25,794 bases of DNA from positions 17,048 to 42,841 of the forward strand of contig CAYLZE010000038.1 in the NCBI GenBank assembly GCA_964388035.1. The letters are read 5' to 3'. The position numbers and the translations under genes are program-made. The first letter of the stretch is position 1, and every line of letters begins with the position of its first letter. Below, piece after piece: positions 10,146-18,408 of the stretch. The notes under the pieces are model-generated. The model made no database searches, was not told the DNA's origin, and saw only the letters and a program-made list of their open reading frames with translations. The stretch comes from an uncultured archaeon (lineage in GTDB: Archaea > Asgardarchaeota > Lokiarchaeia > Sigyniarchaeales > SOKP01).

Positions 10146-11354
10146 TTATTTAGAATGCATCTTCTCTCTTAAGGTAGGTAAGTATCTTTCTTCATTAATG
10201 GAGATTAATTGATCTCCATATTCAATCATTTTCATGGCGATTTCGGGATGAGCAAGTAATTCCACTTCGACTTTATCGTTTCTATCCCATAAAGAATAAG
10301 GGGTATCCTCATGGGGTACTTTTTTTTTTACTTCCTCAACCCAGCTTGCTGGTAATTCATTATTGAGCTCAACATCAAGCATTTTAGCCAGAAAAATAGT
10401 CCAAGCTCTCGGTACCACGGATAATAAATACCCTCCTCCTCCCACGGCTAACCATTTATCATTACAATATTCCAGGGCACATGTTTTTAGAGTTTGAGCT
10501 GTATGGCGATATGCCTCTAATGACAACCCCATCTGCGTGAGGGGGTCCCTGTAATAGGTATCCACTCCTAATTGGGTTACTAATATGTCGGGTCTGTATG
10601 TCTCGAGGATTTTTGGAACCGTTGCTCTAAAAATTTTTAAAAACATTTTATTATTCGTGTTGGGTAAGAGCGGAAAATTCAAGGAAAACCCTTCCCCTGC
10701 ACCTGCTCCCGATTCCTTGATAAATCCCGTCCCCGGAAATAGCCATCTGCCATCTTGATGAAAAGAAACCGTCAAAACATTAGGATCCTCATAGAAAATT
10801 GCTTGGACGCCATCACCGTGATGGCAGTCAATATCCACGTAGGCTACACGGATGTCTTTCTTCAATTTTTTAAGATGCTTTATAGCAACGGCTATATCGT
10901 TGAAAATGCAGAAGCCCGATGCTTTATTAGCCATGGCATGATGGAGTCCCCCTGCGGGATTAAACGTTACTCGAAAATTATCATCCGTCCATACCTTATC
11001 TGCAGCTGTTAGACTCGCACCGCACACCAAGGCAGAAGCCTCATACATTCCTTTAAAAATGGGATTATCTCCGGGACCTAAACCGTATAAATAGGGTTGG
11101 ACGGATCTGTCGTTAGGATTTTCACTTAATTTCTTAACCACTTCTACGTAGCTGGCAGTGTGTACCATTTTAATTTCGTTTTCCGTAGACATTCTCGGAG
11201 TAAGTATTTCAAGTAGTTTATTTTCTAACAATCCCAATTTTTTAAATAAGCTGTACGTCAATTCAATTCTCAATGGTCGTAGGGGATGATCAGGCCCAAA
11301 ATCATACTTGTCGAAATCTTCGGTGTAGATAAGTCCAACTTTTTTATACGCCAT
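10146..11354 (-). CDS. acuC: acetoin utilization protein AcuC / class I histone deacetylase family
   Basis: YDFGPDHPLRPLR, GPGDNP.F, GGLHHA, ASGFCIFND, VAYVDIDCHHGDGVQ, FPGTG, QLGVD...DPL, GGGGY. Confidence 0.92.
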   Translation of the reverse strand: MAYKKVGLIYTEDFDKYDFGPDHPLRPLRIELTYSLFKKLGLLENKLLEILTPRMSTENEIKMVHTASYVEVVKKLSENPNDRSVQPYLYGLGPGDNPIFKGMYEASALVCGASLTAADKVWTDDNFRVTFNPAGGLHHAMANKASGFCIFNDIAVAIKHLKKLKKDIRVAYVDIDCHHGDGVQAIFYEDPNVLTVSFHQDGRWLFPGTGFIKESGAGAGEGFSLNFPLLPNTNNKMFLKIFRATVPKILETYRPDILVTQLGVDTYYRDPLTQMGLSLEAYRHTAQTLKTCALEYCNDKWLAVGGGGYLLSVVPRAWTIFLAKMLDVELNNELPASWVEEVKKKVPHEDTPYSLWDRNDKVEVELLAHPEIAMKMIEYGDQLISINEERYLPTLREKMHSK

Positions 11355-11737
11355 GATAGTATGCCTTAGAAATCGGTGTTATTTTCATTATCTATGAATA
11401 AAGATCAGTTTAATTCGTAATAAAGCTATTCATGATAAATCATTAATCTATATGAAAAGTTGCGCTTCTTCCAATTGTTTAAATGAATTATATTTTTTTA
11501 TCTGAAAGAGGTTACTTCTTATTTAAAAAAATTAAAAATAGCAAATTAGAGGATATTAATAGTTAAGTCATGCACAAGGAATAAATTGTAATGTATGGTT
11601 TTTTATTTTTACTATCCTTCTTGAGTCGATGATAAATAAATTTATTTGACATTATCGAAATAATATATTATATCAATAATACTCTTAAAAATAAAGATTA
11701 TTTAGATTAATAATATTAAACTACCTCTGCAAGAAGC

Positions 11738-12292
11738 ATGAGCATTCGTTTCAAGGACTTCATCAAAAGAGTAGCACGCGAAAGCGAGTTCAAACCATTA
11801 AAGAATAGGCTCTTGGATTACCTCAAGGAAGAAAGCATACAGAAATATAAAAATTACCCCCGGCTTTTAGCGATAATGAAGAAATACTGGCCCGAATATA
11901 GCGATCGCAGCCGTATCTCTCATCTCCTGAAAGATCATCATGAAGAAATATTTTATTTCTATTTAAATACTATCTTTCCTTTCAGGAAGCGCGGACTCGA
12001 ATTTTCCGATGCTGAAGCGCCTACACCCGTCGATTTCAAATTGGTTTATACCTATCATTATAATTTAAAAGAGATTGCAGCGGTAGAAAAAATAAAAAAA
12101 GAATTGAATATCGAGGGGGCAACTGAAAGCCTCTTAAAGCGGCTCTTAATTTTTGCGGTTAGTTCATTTAGTCCCATGGTGGAAGAAGTATTTCAGAGAC
12201 CTTTTGCTTTTCAATTCTCAAGCATCGATTCCGAGCAATTAGAGAATGGAGAAATAAAAGTAGTTGCTGTGATTTCTGCTCGGGAGCAATAG
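11738..12292 (+). CDS. hypothetical protein
   Basis: 184-aa ORF with ATG start after an AT-rich intergenic region. No recognisable motif. Confidence 0.65.
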   Translation: MSIRFKDFIKRVARESEFKPLKNRLLDYLKEESIQKYKNYPRLLAIMKKYWPEYSDRSRISHLLKDHHEEIFYFYLNTIFPFRKRGLEFSDAEAPTPVDFKLVYTYHYNLKEIAAVEKIKKELNIEGATESLLKRLLIFAVSSFSPMVEEVFQRPFAFQFSSIDSEQLENGEIKVVAVISAREQ

Positions 12293-12327
12293 GATATTTT
12301 AGATTAACTTATTTTGGTTAGAAAATT

Positions 12328-13338
12328 TCACTCTGCCGCGTTCTTATTTAATAAATAATATAGCAATGCCTTTATCGTATATAATCGATTTTCAGCTTGA
12401 TCATAAATGATAGAATGAGGACCATCAACTACCTCGTCGTCAGCTACGATGTTTCTTCTTATTGGCAAGCAATGCATGAAAATCGAGTCTTTTTTCGTTA
12501 AGTCTAAATGGTGGGTTCCTATTCTCCAACTATCCTTATAGGGGATTCTTAACTTTTTTTCTTCTTTTGGATCCCCATAATATTCTCTAGATCCCCAACT
12601 TTTGATATAAACAACCTCCGCATCAGTATATCCTTCTTCTATGTTATTTGAGAAACTTAGATTACCTCCTGATTCCTTAGCATTGTTTTTCGCCATGGTT
12701 AAAATTTCCTTATCTAATTCAAAATGTTTAGGATGGGTTAAAGTCACATCCATTCCAAAGCGCGTGGCTATTAGCAGAATGGAATTGGGAACGCTTAGAG
12801 GCAATGGTTTTGGATGGTAAGCCCAGGATATCACGATCTTTTTATTTTTGGCGCGTCCGAGTTTTTCTTTTATAGTATATATATCGGTAAGTGCTTGAAG
12901 CGGATGAAATTGATCATCTTCGAAATTAATGATGGGAACTCGCGAATGTTGAGCAAACTCACGCAAAATGCGATTTCCTTCCTGATAAATCCATTTGACG
13001 GATACGGGGAATATGCGAATACCAATAGCATCATAATACCTTGCCAGTACATTGGCTGTATCTTTAATAGATTCGGATTTATATCCTATCCAAGAATCTT
13101 TAATACTATTAAAAGTAGGATGCATTCCTAATTGATATGCTGCTACTTCCGTGGAGTTGCGGGTTCGGGTGGATGGATTATAAAAGAACATGCAAAGTGA
13201 CTTTCCCATTAGCTTATTATTAAACTTTCTAGAAGAATGTTTAATTTCACGTGTTAGGTCAAGTAAATGATCCAATTCTTCTCGAGTCCAATCTTGGGTG
13301 CTTATAAAATCTTTTTCTATATTGGTGATTGAAGTCAT
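12328..13338 (-). CDS. argF': N-acyl-ornithine carbamoyltransferase (ArgF'; N-acetyl- or N-succinylornithine type)
   Basis: FYNPSTRTR, HPLQAL, SWAYHPKPLPLSVPNS, KSWG, HCLPIRRN, QAENR. The HPKPL and HCLP.RRN motifs distinguish AOTCase/SOTCase from OTCase. Confidence 0.85.
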   Translation of the reverse strand: MTSITNIEKDFISTQDWTREELDHLLDLTREIKHSSRKFNNKLMGKSLCMFFYNPSTRTRNSTEVAAYQLGMHPTFNSIKDSWIGYKSESIKDTANVLARYYDAIGIRIFPVSVKWIYQEGNRILREFAQHSRVPIINFEDDQFHPLQALTDIYTIKEKLGRAKNKKIVISWAYHPKPLPLSVPNSILLIATRFGMDVTLTHPKHFELDKEILTMAKNNAKESGGNLSFSNNIEEGYTDAEVVYIKSWGSREYYGDPKEEKKLRIPYKDSWRIGTHHLDLTKKDSIFMHCLPIRRNIVADDEVVDGPHSIIYDQAENRLYTIKALLYYLLNKNAAE

Positions 13339-13470
13339 GGGGTTCGATCTCGTTTAATTTTATAAAGGTTGGTTTAATCGCAGAATAATAAATATATTTT
13401 CCAGATTTAATACTAAAAGTAATGTATAGAATTGGGGTTTTAAGAATATTATGTTTTCTTCAAATCACTA

Positions 13471-13902
13471 TCATTTTTCTTTAGTTAAATAGGACCCCAA
13501 GTCTTGAATCTCGTCCCCTCTTTTAACTTTAATGCTACCTTTTATTCCTTTGATTTGCCTTTCCAAATACATGATTACATCAAGGGGGATGCGTCTCAGA
13601 ATACCTCTTTGCCTTTGGATAATAGCTATTAAATAATCAATATTCCTAATGACCTCTGGGCTGACGAGCTCGTTAAATATTTGTTGATATACTTGAGGTT
13701 CATTTTGTTTTAATTGATTAAAGTAAGAATAAGCATCGGGATTTAAGACGGTCTTTAATACAAATTCAATTTTATCTTGAAAGTTATCTTTAACATCTTC
13801 TTGTTGCTGTTTCCTTTTCTGAGCTTCAAGCAACATTTTCATTTTTTGTATTCGAATTTTTTCTAACTCATGTGATTCGTCAATATTTTCGTTATCTGTC
13901 AT
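13471..13902 (-). CDS. PDCD5-like double-stranded DNA-binding protein
   Basis: ELEKIR..KM..L, Q-rich helix, VLKTVLNPDA (cf. ILRQILTPEA) and C-terminal IKVKR resemble the archaeal PDCD5 family. Confidence 0.65.
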   Translation of the reverse strand: MTDNENIDESHELEKIRIQKMKMLLEAQKRKQQQEDVKDNFQDKIEFVLKTVLNPDAYSYFNQLKQNEPQVYQQIFNELVSPEVIRNIDYLIAIIQRQRGILRRIPLDVIMYLERQIKGIKGSIKVKRGDEIQDLGSYLTKEK

Positions 13903-13927
13903 GATTTATTAACTTCCATCATTTTAA

Positions 13928-14836
13928 TTAATTATTACTAATATTTAAGGCTAATTCTAATACTTGAATTCCTTCCTCTAAGGTCACTTTAGGTGTTTCA
14001 TATAAAAAATTATAAATTTCACGTCGTAAAGGTTCTTCATTACTTAAGGGATCGTACTCCAGCACCTTAGTTAAAGGATTCTCACCTTGTAAATCTACTC
14101 CCGTTCTAATCGATATTTTTTGACTGAGGAAATCTACTACGATTCCCCCTAATTCTCCATTCACGTCCATTCTACGAAACTTTGAAGGAGTAATCCAATT
14201 AGATTCAATATGTCCAATAGCATCCCCAAAATCTAAAATAATGAAGGCAGCGTCCGCGTGCATGGTATCTTTAAAACACCTTTTATAACATAAAGTATTT
14301 TTAACTTCCTTTCGAAAAATCCGTTGTTGAAGATAGAGATCGTGAATGGATAAGTCTAAAATCACCCCCATTTGCCAATCTCTTCGAGGATATAATCCCA
14401 CCCTTTTAGAAGATACGGTATAAATCTGACCAATCTCTGGTAAATGATTTAATAATTTCTCAAAAACGGGATTGAATATTTCAATAAAACCTGGCATGAT
14501 ACATATATCGTATTTTTGCAATTCCCGTAGTTTTTCAACTTTTAATGCCATGGGTTTTTCCATTAATATATCAATTCCGGCTTCTGCCAAAGATTTTGAA
14601 ACAGAAGGCATCTCTTTAGGAGGTATAACTACACTTGCCGCATCTATATCTTCATTTCTAATCATTTCTTGAACATTTGTATAACTATTAACATTCTCTA
14701 AATGCATTGAGGAGATTTCTAATTTATCTTTATTGATATCACATATCGCTACTAATCTTGACAAATCAAGGAAATTCCGTATATGAGCCCTTCCAAACCA
14801 GCCTGTACCGATAACTGCCGTTCTTTTTTTTTTCAT
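13928..14836 (-). CDS. Gfo/Idh/MocA family oxidoreductase (nucleotide-sugar dehydrogenase-like)
   Basis: AVIGTGWFG..H, LMEKPMA, GFIEIFNP, GVILDLSIHD, ESNWITPSK.R, EPLRRE. Confidence 0.9.
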   Translation of the reverse strand: MKKKRTAVIGTGWFGRAHIRNFLDLSRLVAICDINKDKLEISSMHLENVNSYTNVQEMIRNEDIDAASVVIPPKEMPSVSKSLAEAGIDILMEKPMALKVEKLRELQKYDICIMPGFIEIFNPVFEKLLNHLPEIGQIYTVSSKRVGLYPRRDWQMGVILDLSIHDLYLQQRIFRKEVKNTLCYKRCFKDTMHADAAFIILDFGDAIGHIESNWITPSKFRRMDVNGELGGIVVDFLSQKISIRTGVDLQGENPLTKVLEYDPLSNEEPLRREIYNFLYETPKVTLEEGIQVLELALNISNN

Positions 14837-15072
14837 TGATATATTAACTTGCTTTAATATAGTAAAATTCCCCCTAAATAATTAATTTTTCTTAGGAAAT
14901 AAAAAGATTAAAGATTTAAAAAATGAAGAAGCAAAAAAATGAAATATATAAAATTTCAAATTAGCATGCTTTAAATTAAACAAATTTATAAGAAAAAATA
15001 TGTTGAAATAACTTAATTACAAGATGTAATCAATTTGATCAAAATAAATAATATAACCAAACCTTCTTTCTC

Positions 15073-16389
15073 ATGGAACGCTTAAAATCAATAAAAAACA
15101 GTAAAATTAGAGCATTGTTTAGTGAAATAAGTTCGGCTGAATATTTTTTAATTTTAGTACCTTTTGCTTTATCCCTGGTAACTTTATATGGAGGATTTAC
15201 TCTAATTGTAATGTTAGTATTTATGGGATTATCTTTATTGTTTTTATTTGGAGCAAGATGGAGAATTCTTTATTTTGGTATTTTAATCTACTTTGGTCTT
15301 TTTATATTAATAAAAATAGGAAGACCTGACCTGATAGTACTTGGTGCAGATAGGGAATCTGCAATACGAGCTGGAATTGATGCGATTTTTACTGGACAGA
15401 ATCCTTTTAAGTCAACAACACATTTAGGGCATAATCCCTCTCCCTTGCCTTTTACTTATTTCTTTTATATTCCTATTTATTTAATATCGGGGGGTTATAC
15501 TTCTTACATGACATTAGTAATGTTTTGTATATTTAGTTCAGTATTATTCTACAAATTTATTGATACCAAACAGAATGTCATGGTTCTTCCCGTGATCTCA
15601 TTTATTGTAGCTTCACAGTCTTTTTTACATGAAATCTTAATACAGAGTGATTTGATTGTTACGGGAATGTTACTCTGCCTTACTTTATTATTACTCCCAG
15701 ATCAAGTGTCAAAACCGAAAAGGTATGAAAAACTGAGATTCATTAAATTTATTCCAGAAGAGCCAAAAGAAATTGATCGAAATGTAATCATTTTTGCCAT
15801 ACTTTTTGGTTGTTTATTAGCCATGAGAATTCATAATTGGTTAATAGTGGGGGTGGTTGCTTTATACGTTCTCAAGATTTATGGATTTAAGAGAACGTTG
15901 ATTTTGGGATTAATAACCATCGCAACCTTTTTAGCAATCATGTTGCCGTTTGTATTACAAGATCCAAGTTTTTTTTGGGGGGTAAATCCGATTGCCCATA
16001 ATTCGGGTAAATTTGCTATATGGCGTAACTTTCAACCTTTTGATCCACTTTCAAGACTTAGTTATCTTTTCGTAAAGACTTTTTTTGATTATGGGTTGGA
16101 AAATAGTTTTATTCTCTCGATATCTATAATTCTCTTTTCGATATTATTCGGGCTCATTAAATGCGAAAACAAATTTCATCTATTCCTCATTATCACTTAT
16201 TGTTTTTCAGCATTAATATTCTTCTACTTTTTCACCATATATTTTGCAATTATTAGCGATTACATTAGCATTGTAATGATACCTTTTATCTTTGCATTTT
16301 TATACACTAACTTTGGAGTCTCCAATTCAAAACGAAATCCTGCTGCTTTAAACACCGATGATTCTGCTACTTTATGTGAAGAAAATTAA
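15073..16389 (+). CDS. multi-pass membrane protein, probable GT-C fold glycosyltransferase (GT87-like)
   Basis: Many TM segments. Lumenal loop ADRESAI....G.NPF....G..PSPLP resembles the GT-C first loop with acidic residues. Confidence 0.55.
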   Translation: MERLKSIKNSKIRALFSEISSAEYFLILVPFALSLVTLYGGFTLIVMLVFMGLSLLFLFGARWRILYFGILIYFGLFILIKIGRPDLIVLGADRESAIRAGIDAIFTGQNPFKSTTHLGHNPSPLPFTYFFYIPIYLISGGYTSYMTLVMFCIFSSVLFYKFIDTKQNVMVLPVISFIVASQSFLHEILIQSDLIVTGMLLCLTLLLLPDQVSKPKRYEKLRFIKFIPEEPKEIDRNVIIFAILFGCLLAMRIHNWLIVGVVALYVLKIYGFKRTLILGLITIATFLAIMLPFVLQDPSFFWGVNPIAHNSGKFAIWRNFQPFDPLSRLSYLFVKTFFDYGLENSFILSISIILFSILFGLIKCENKFHLFLIITYCFSALIFFYFFTIYFAIISDYISIVMIPFIFAFLYTNFGVSNSKRNPAALNTDDSATLCEEN

Positions 16390-16621
16390 TTAACTTATTT
16401 TCAAATTTAGTTTTATTCAATAGTTTAAAAAGTATTAAAAATTCTCTTTTTCTACTCGATCTATTCAATGAATTACATTCATTCTAAAATAGTCTTATTT
16501 TTACTGCGAGATTTTTTAGAAAAGTTATTCAATCCTCATGATTCGTGAGTTAAAATCAAATTATGTTTAAATCCTTTTAAAATACGTGATATAAAAGAAA
16601 AAAATGGTCCCCTCTGCCGGC

Positions 16622-16653
16622 TTATCATCCATGGTGATCTCAAGCACGTGGAT
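16622..16653 (-). other. tRNA intron at non-canonical position 59/60 in the T-loop (32 nt, strict BHB)
   Basis: GCCGG-ATCA-AA|A-TCCA...TGGA-TGAT-AA|G-CCGGC: outer helix, 4-bp central helix, two 3-nt bulges and inner helix. Mature T-loop is ATCAAAG. Confidence 0.9.
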
Positions 16654-16675
16654 TTTGATCCGGCGACCGCTCGGT

Positions 16676-16729
16676 GTCCTGCTGACATATTTTCATTGGA
16701 ATAAACTCCTTGATATGCGATATGATTAT
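16676..16729 (-). other. tRNA intron at canonical position 37/38 (54 nt, relaxed BHB)
   Basis: CTGT (32-35) can pair with intron GCAG. 5' bulge is AG|A and the 3' side is GAC|A before CCGAG. Excision gives the anticodon loop CTGTAGA. Confidence 0.85.
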
Positions 16730-17092
16730 CTACAGCCGAGCACTCTACCAGTCTGAGTTAAGAGGGGTTATAAAAAAAATATTTATGATGAGTACAATAA
16801 TTATTTAATACATTTATTTTTTTTGATTGATCCATTATCTTGAGCTCTGCTATCAACTCCTCTTCACCTATTGCAGAACATAGCTGTACTTATAAAAATG
16901 ATTAGTTCCCATGCTATTCCATATTTTTTTTATGCATGGAACATATTAAGTTAGTATTCCATGTTATTAAATAAAGTTTAGAAATTACTATCTAAAAAGA
17001 TTTAAAAAAATATTAGGAATCAAAAATTTTAATATCTAAAAGTATTACTAGATAGATAACATTTTATATGAAATTTATGGAGAAAAATCAAA

Positions 17093-17632
17093 ATGCGAGA
17101 AGAAACGGATTATACTGAGGCATTAGAGGTCTTTAAAGACGATGAAAACGTGATCTTGGAACCATGGGGGAGAAGTATTGATCATTTACGATTGACTATT
17201 ATCGGGAAAGAAGGTACGCCATATGCTAAAGGAAAATTTGTATTCGAAATTAAATTTCCTGACAATTATCCTTTTCAACCTCCATTAAATTAGTCTAGTC
17301 GACTAATTTGGAGAAATGCATATGCGGTCACCTTGATGTGGCATCCCAACATAGATTCTTCAATCCCACCGGGAAAATTAAATATCTGCTTGGATCTACT
17401 CAATCCTGATTTAGTCGGGAAAGTTGATGCGGCTTCAGGTGCTTCAGGTTGGACCCCTAGCAAGACTCTAACAAATATTATTGAAGCATTAAAAGGAATG
17501 ATGCACATGGAGCCACCCTTTTTCAATCCCGGAGATCCTTTAAACCATGAGGCGGGGGAGCAATATTTTCGTTCTCAAAAAAAATTTATGGATCAAGCGA
17601 AGAAGTGGAAGGACAAGTACGCCATGGATTGA
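17093..17632 (+). CDS. ubiquitin-conjugating enzyme E2, join(17093..17285,17316..17632), 169 aa after removal of a putative 30-nt intron
   Basis: The two track ORFs are in the same frame. Motifs: G..GTPY..G.F...I.FP..YPFQPP, WHPNI, NICLDLL (Cys codon 17387-17389), W.P..TL, P.DPLN.EA, A..W..KYA. Confidence 0.9.
17286..17315 (+). other. putative BHB/BHL-type mRNA intron (30 nt) containing an in-frame TAG
   Basis: CTCC-AT|T-AAATTAGTC-TAGTC-GACTAATTT-GGAG-AA|A: 4-bp helix, 3-nt bulge and perfect 9-bp stem. Cutting after the 2nd bulge nt on each side restores the frame and the E2 motif spacing. Confidence 0.8.
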
Positions 17633-17655
17633 TTAACTAAATTAAAACCCAATAG

Positions 17656-17671
17656 TTCTTTTTTTTATTTT
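17656..17671 (+). terminator. U-rich archaeal terminator candidate after the E2 gene
   Basis: TTCTTTTTTTTATTTT about 25 nt downstream of the stop. The genome is AT-rich, so support is weak. Confidence 0.35.
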
Positions 17672-17734
17672 CGTTTATTATATATAGAGAAATTTTGATT
17701 CATTTAATGCTAGGAATCTATTTTTTATATTGCC

Positions 17735-18334
17735 ATGAGTCTATTGTCTGCTTTATTTAGAAAGAAATTGATTATTTTTGATTTAGATGGGACTCTAATT
17801 GATTTAGCTGTTGATTGGTCTGCATTAAAAAAAAAATTAAGCATGATGTTTTCCAAGCATTATGGAGATGATTGTAGCTTTAATAGTATCTCCAAATGCT
17901 TGTCGCATATTGTTGATAAGCGGGATGAGCCCATATTAAAGGAATTCTTTCAAGTTATTGAAGAATATGAAAATAAAGAGATCGAAAAGAGTCAACCCAT
18001 TGAAGAATCAATCTATTTCCTTAACCATTTGAGCGAGTTTGTAGAAAATAACACCGTTAAAATAGCAATCATGTCATTAAATACGAGAAGAACCATACAA
18101 AATTCTATTAATTTAATGAATTTAAATAATAAAATTGATTTTTACGTGGGAAGGGAAGATGTCAGGCGTTGGAAACCCAATCCTGATGGACTTTTGAAAA
18201 TCTTGGAACATTTTAATATCAACAAGTTGGATGCAATTTATGTTGGAGATATGAAAAAAGACTTGATTGCGGGAGAAAAAGCGGGAATTGATTCATATTT
18301 AATTGAAGATTTAAAAGAAATAGTTAAAAAGTAA
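17735..18334 (+). CDS. HAD family hydrolase (phosphoglycolate phosphatase-like)
   Basis: IIFDLDGTL, SLN, KPNPDG, YVGD...D..AG..AG. Confidence 0.9.
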   Translation: MSLLSALFRKKLIIFDLDGTLIDLAVDWSALKKKLSMMFSKHYGDDCSFNSISKCLSHIVDKRDEPILKEFFQVIEEYENKEIEKSQPIEESIYFLNHLSEFVENNTVKIAIMSLNTRRTIQNSINLMNLNNKIDFYVGREDVRRWKPNPDGLLKILEHFNINKLDAIYVGDMKKDLIAGEKAGIDSYLIEDLKEIVKK

Positions 18335-18408
18335 GAAAGGCTGAAAAAAACTTTTTTCGATAAGGATTTTTACCAGTATTTATTGATCTAGTTTTTAATC
18401 ACATGTAA

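Larger units (their letters stand above)
16605..16767 (-). tRNA. tRNA-Tyr(GTA), CCA encoded, with two introns (37/38 and 59/60)
   Basis: Minus strand: acceptor CCCCTCT/AGAGGGG+ACCA (C1:G72), D-arm ACTC/GAGT, anticodon stem CTCGG/CCGAG with GTA at 16733-16731, T-stem GCCGG/CCGGC. Removing 54+32 nt leaves a 77-nt cloverleaf. Confidence 0.95.

Noticed and set aside
9950-10153. 67-aa ORF and a small ATCCGA-TCAC-TCGGAT hairpin (9917-9932) in the spacer after the membrane protein gene
   Set aside because: TTG start, no motif, overlaps the acuC stop. A 6-bp hairpin is expected by chance.
16800-16890. Coding-like minus-strand stretch (VQLCSAIGEEELIAELKIMD) upstream of the tRNA
   Set aside because: Preceded directly by an in-frame stop with no start codon and runs into the tRNA. 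At most a remnant.
17291-17293. E2 TAG as pyrrolysine/amber readthrough, or as a simple nonsense pseudogene
   Set aside because: Readthrough would leave a 10-residue insert in a conserved core strand. The stop lies inside a perfect stem with splice geometry, and both halves retain all catalytic motifs. An intron explains all of this better, though a pseudogene is not formally excluded.
17396-17430. Second hairpin in E2 (TCCTGAT/GTCGGGA) as another in-frame intron
   Set aside because: No 4-bp central helix with a 3-nt bulge can be formed and the frame is open. Treated as coding.
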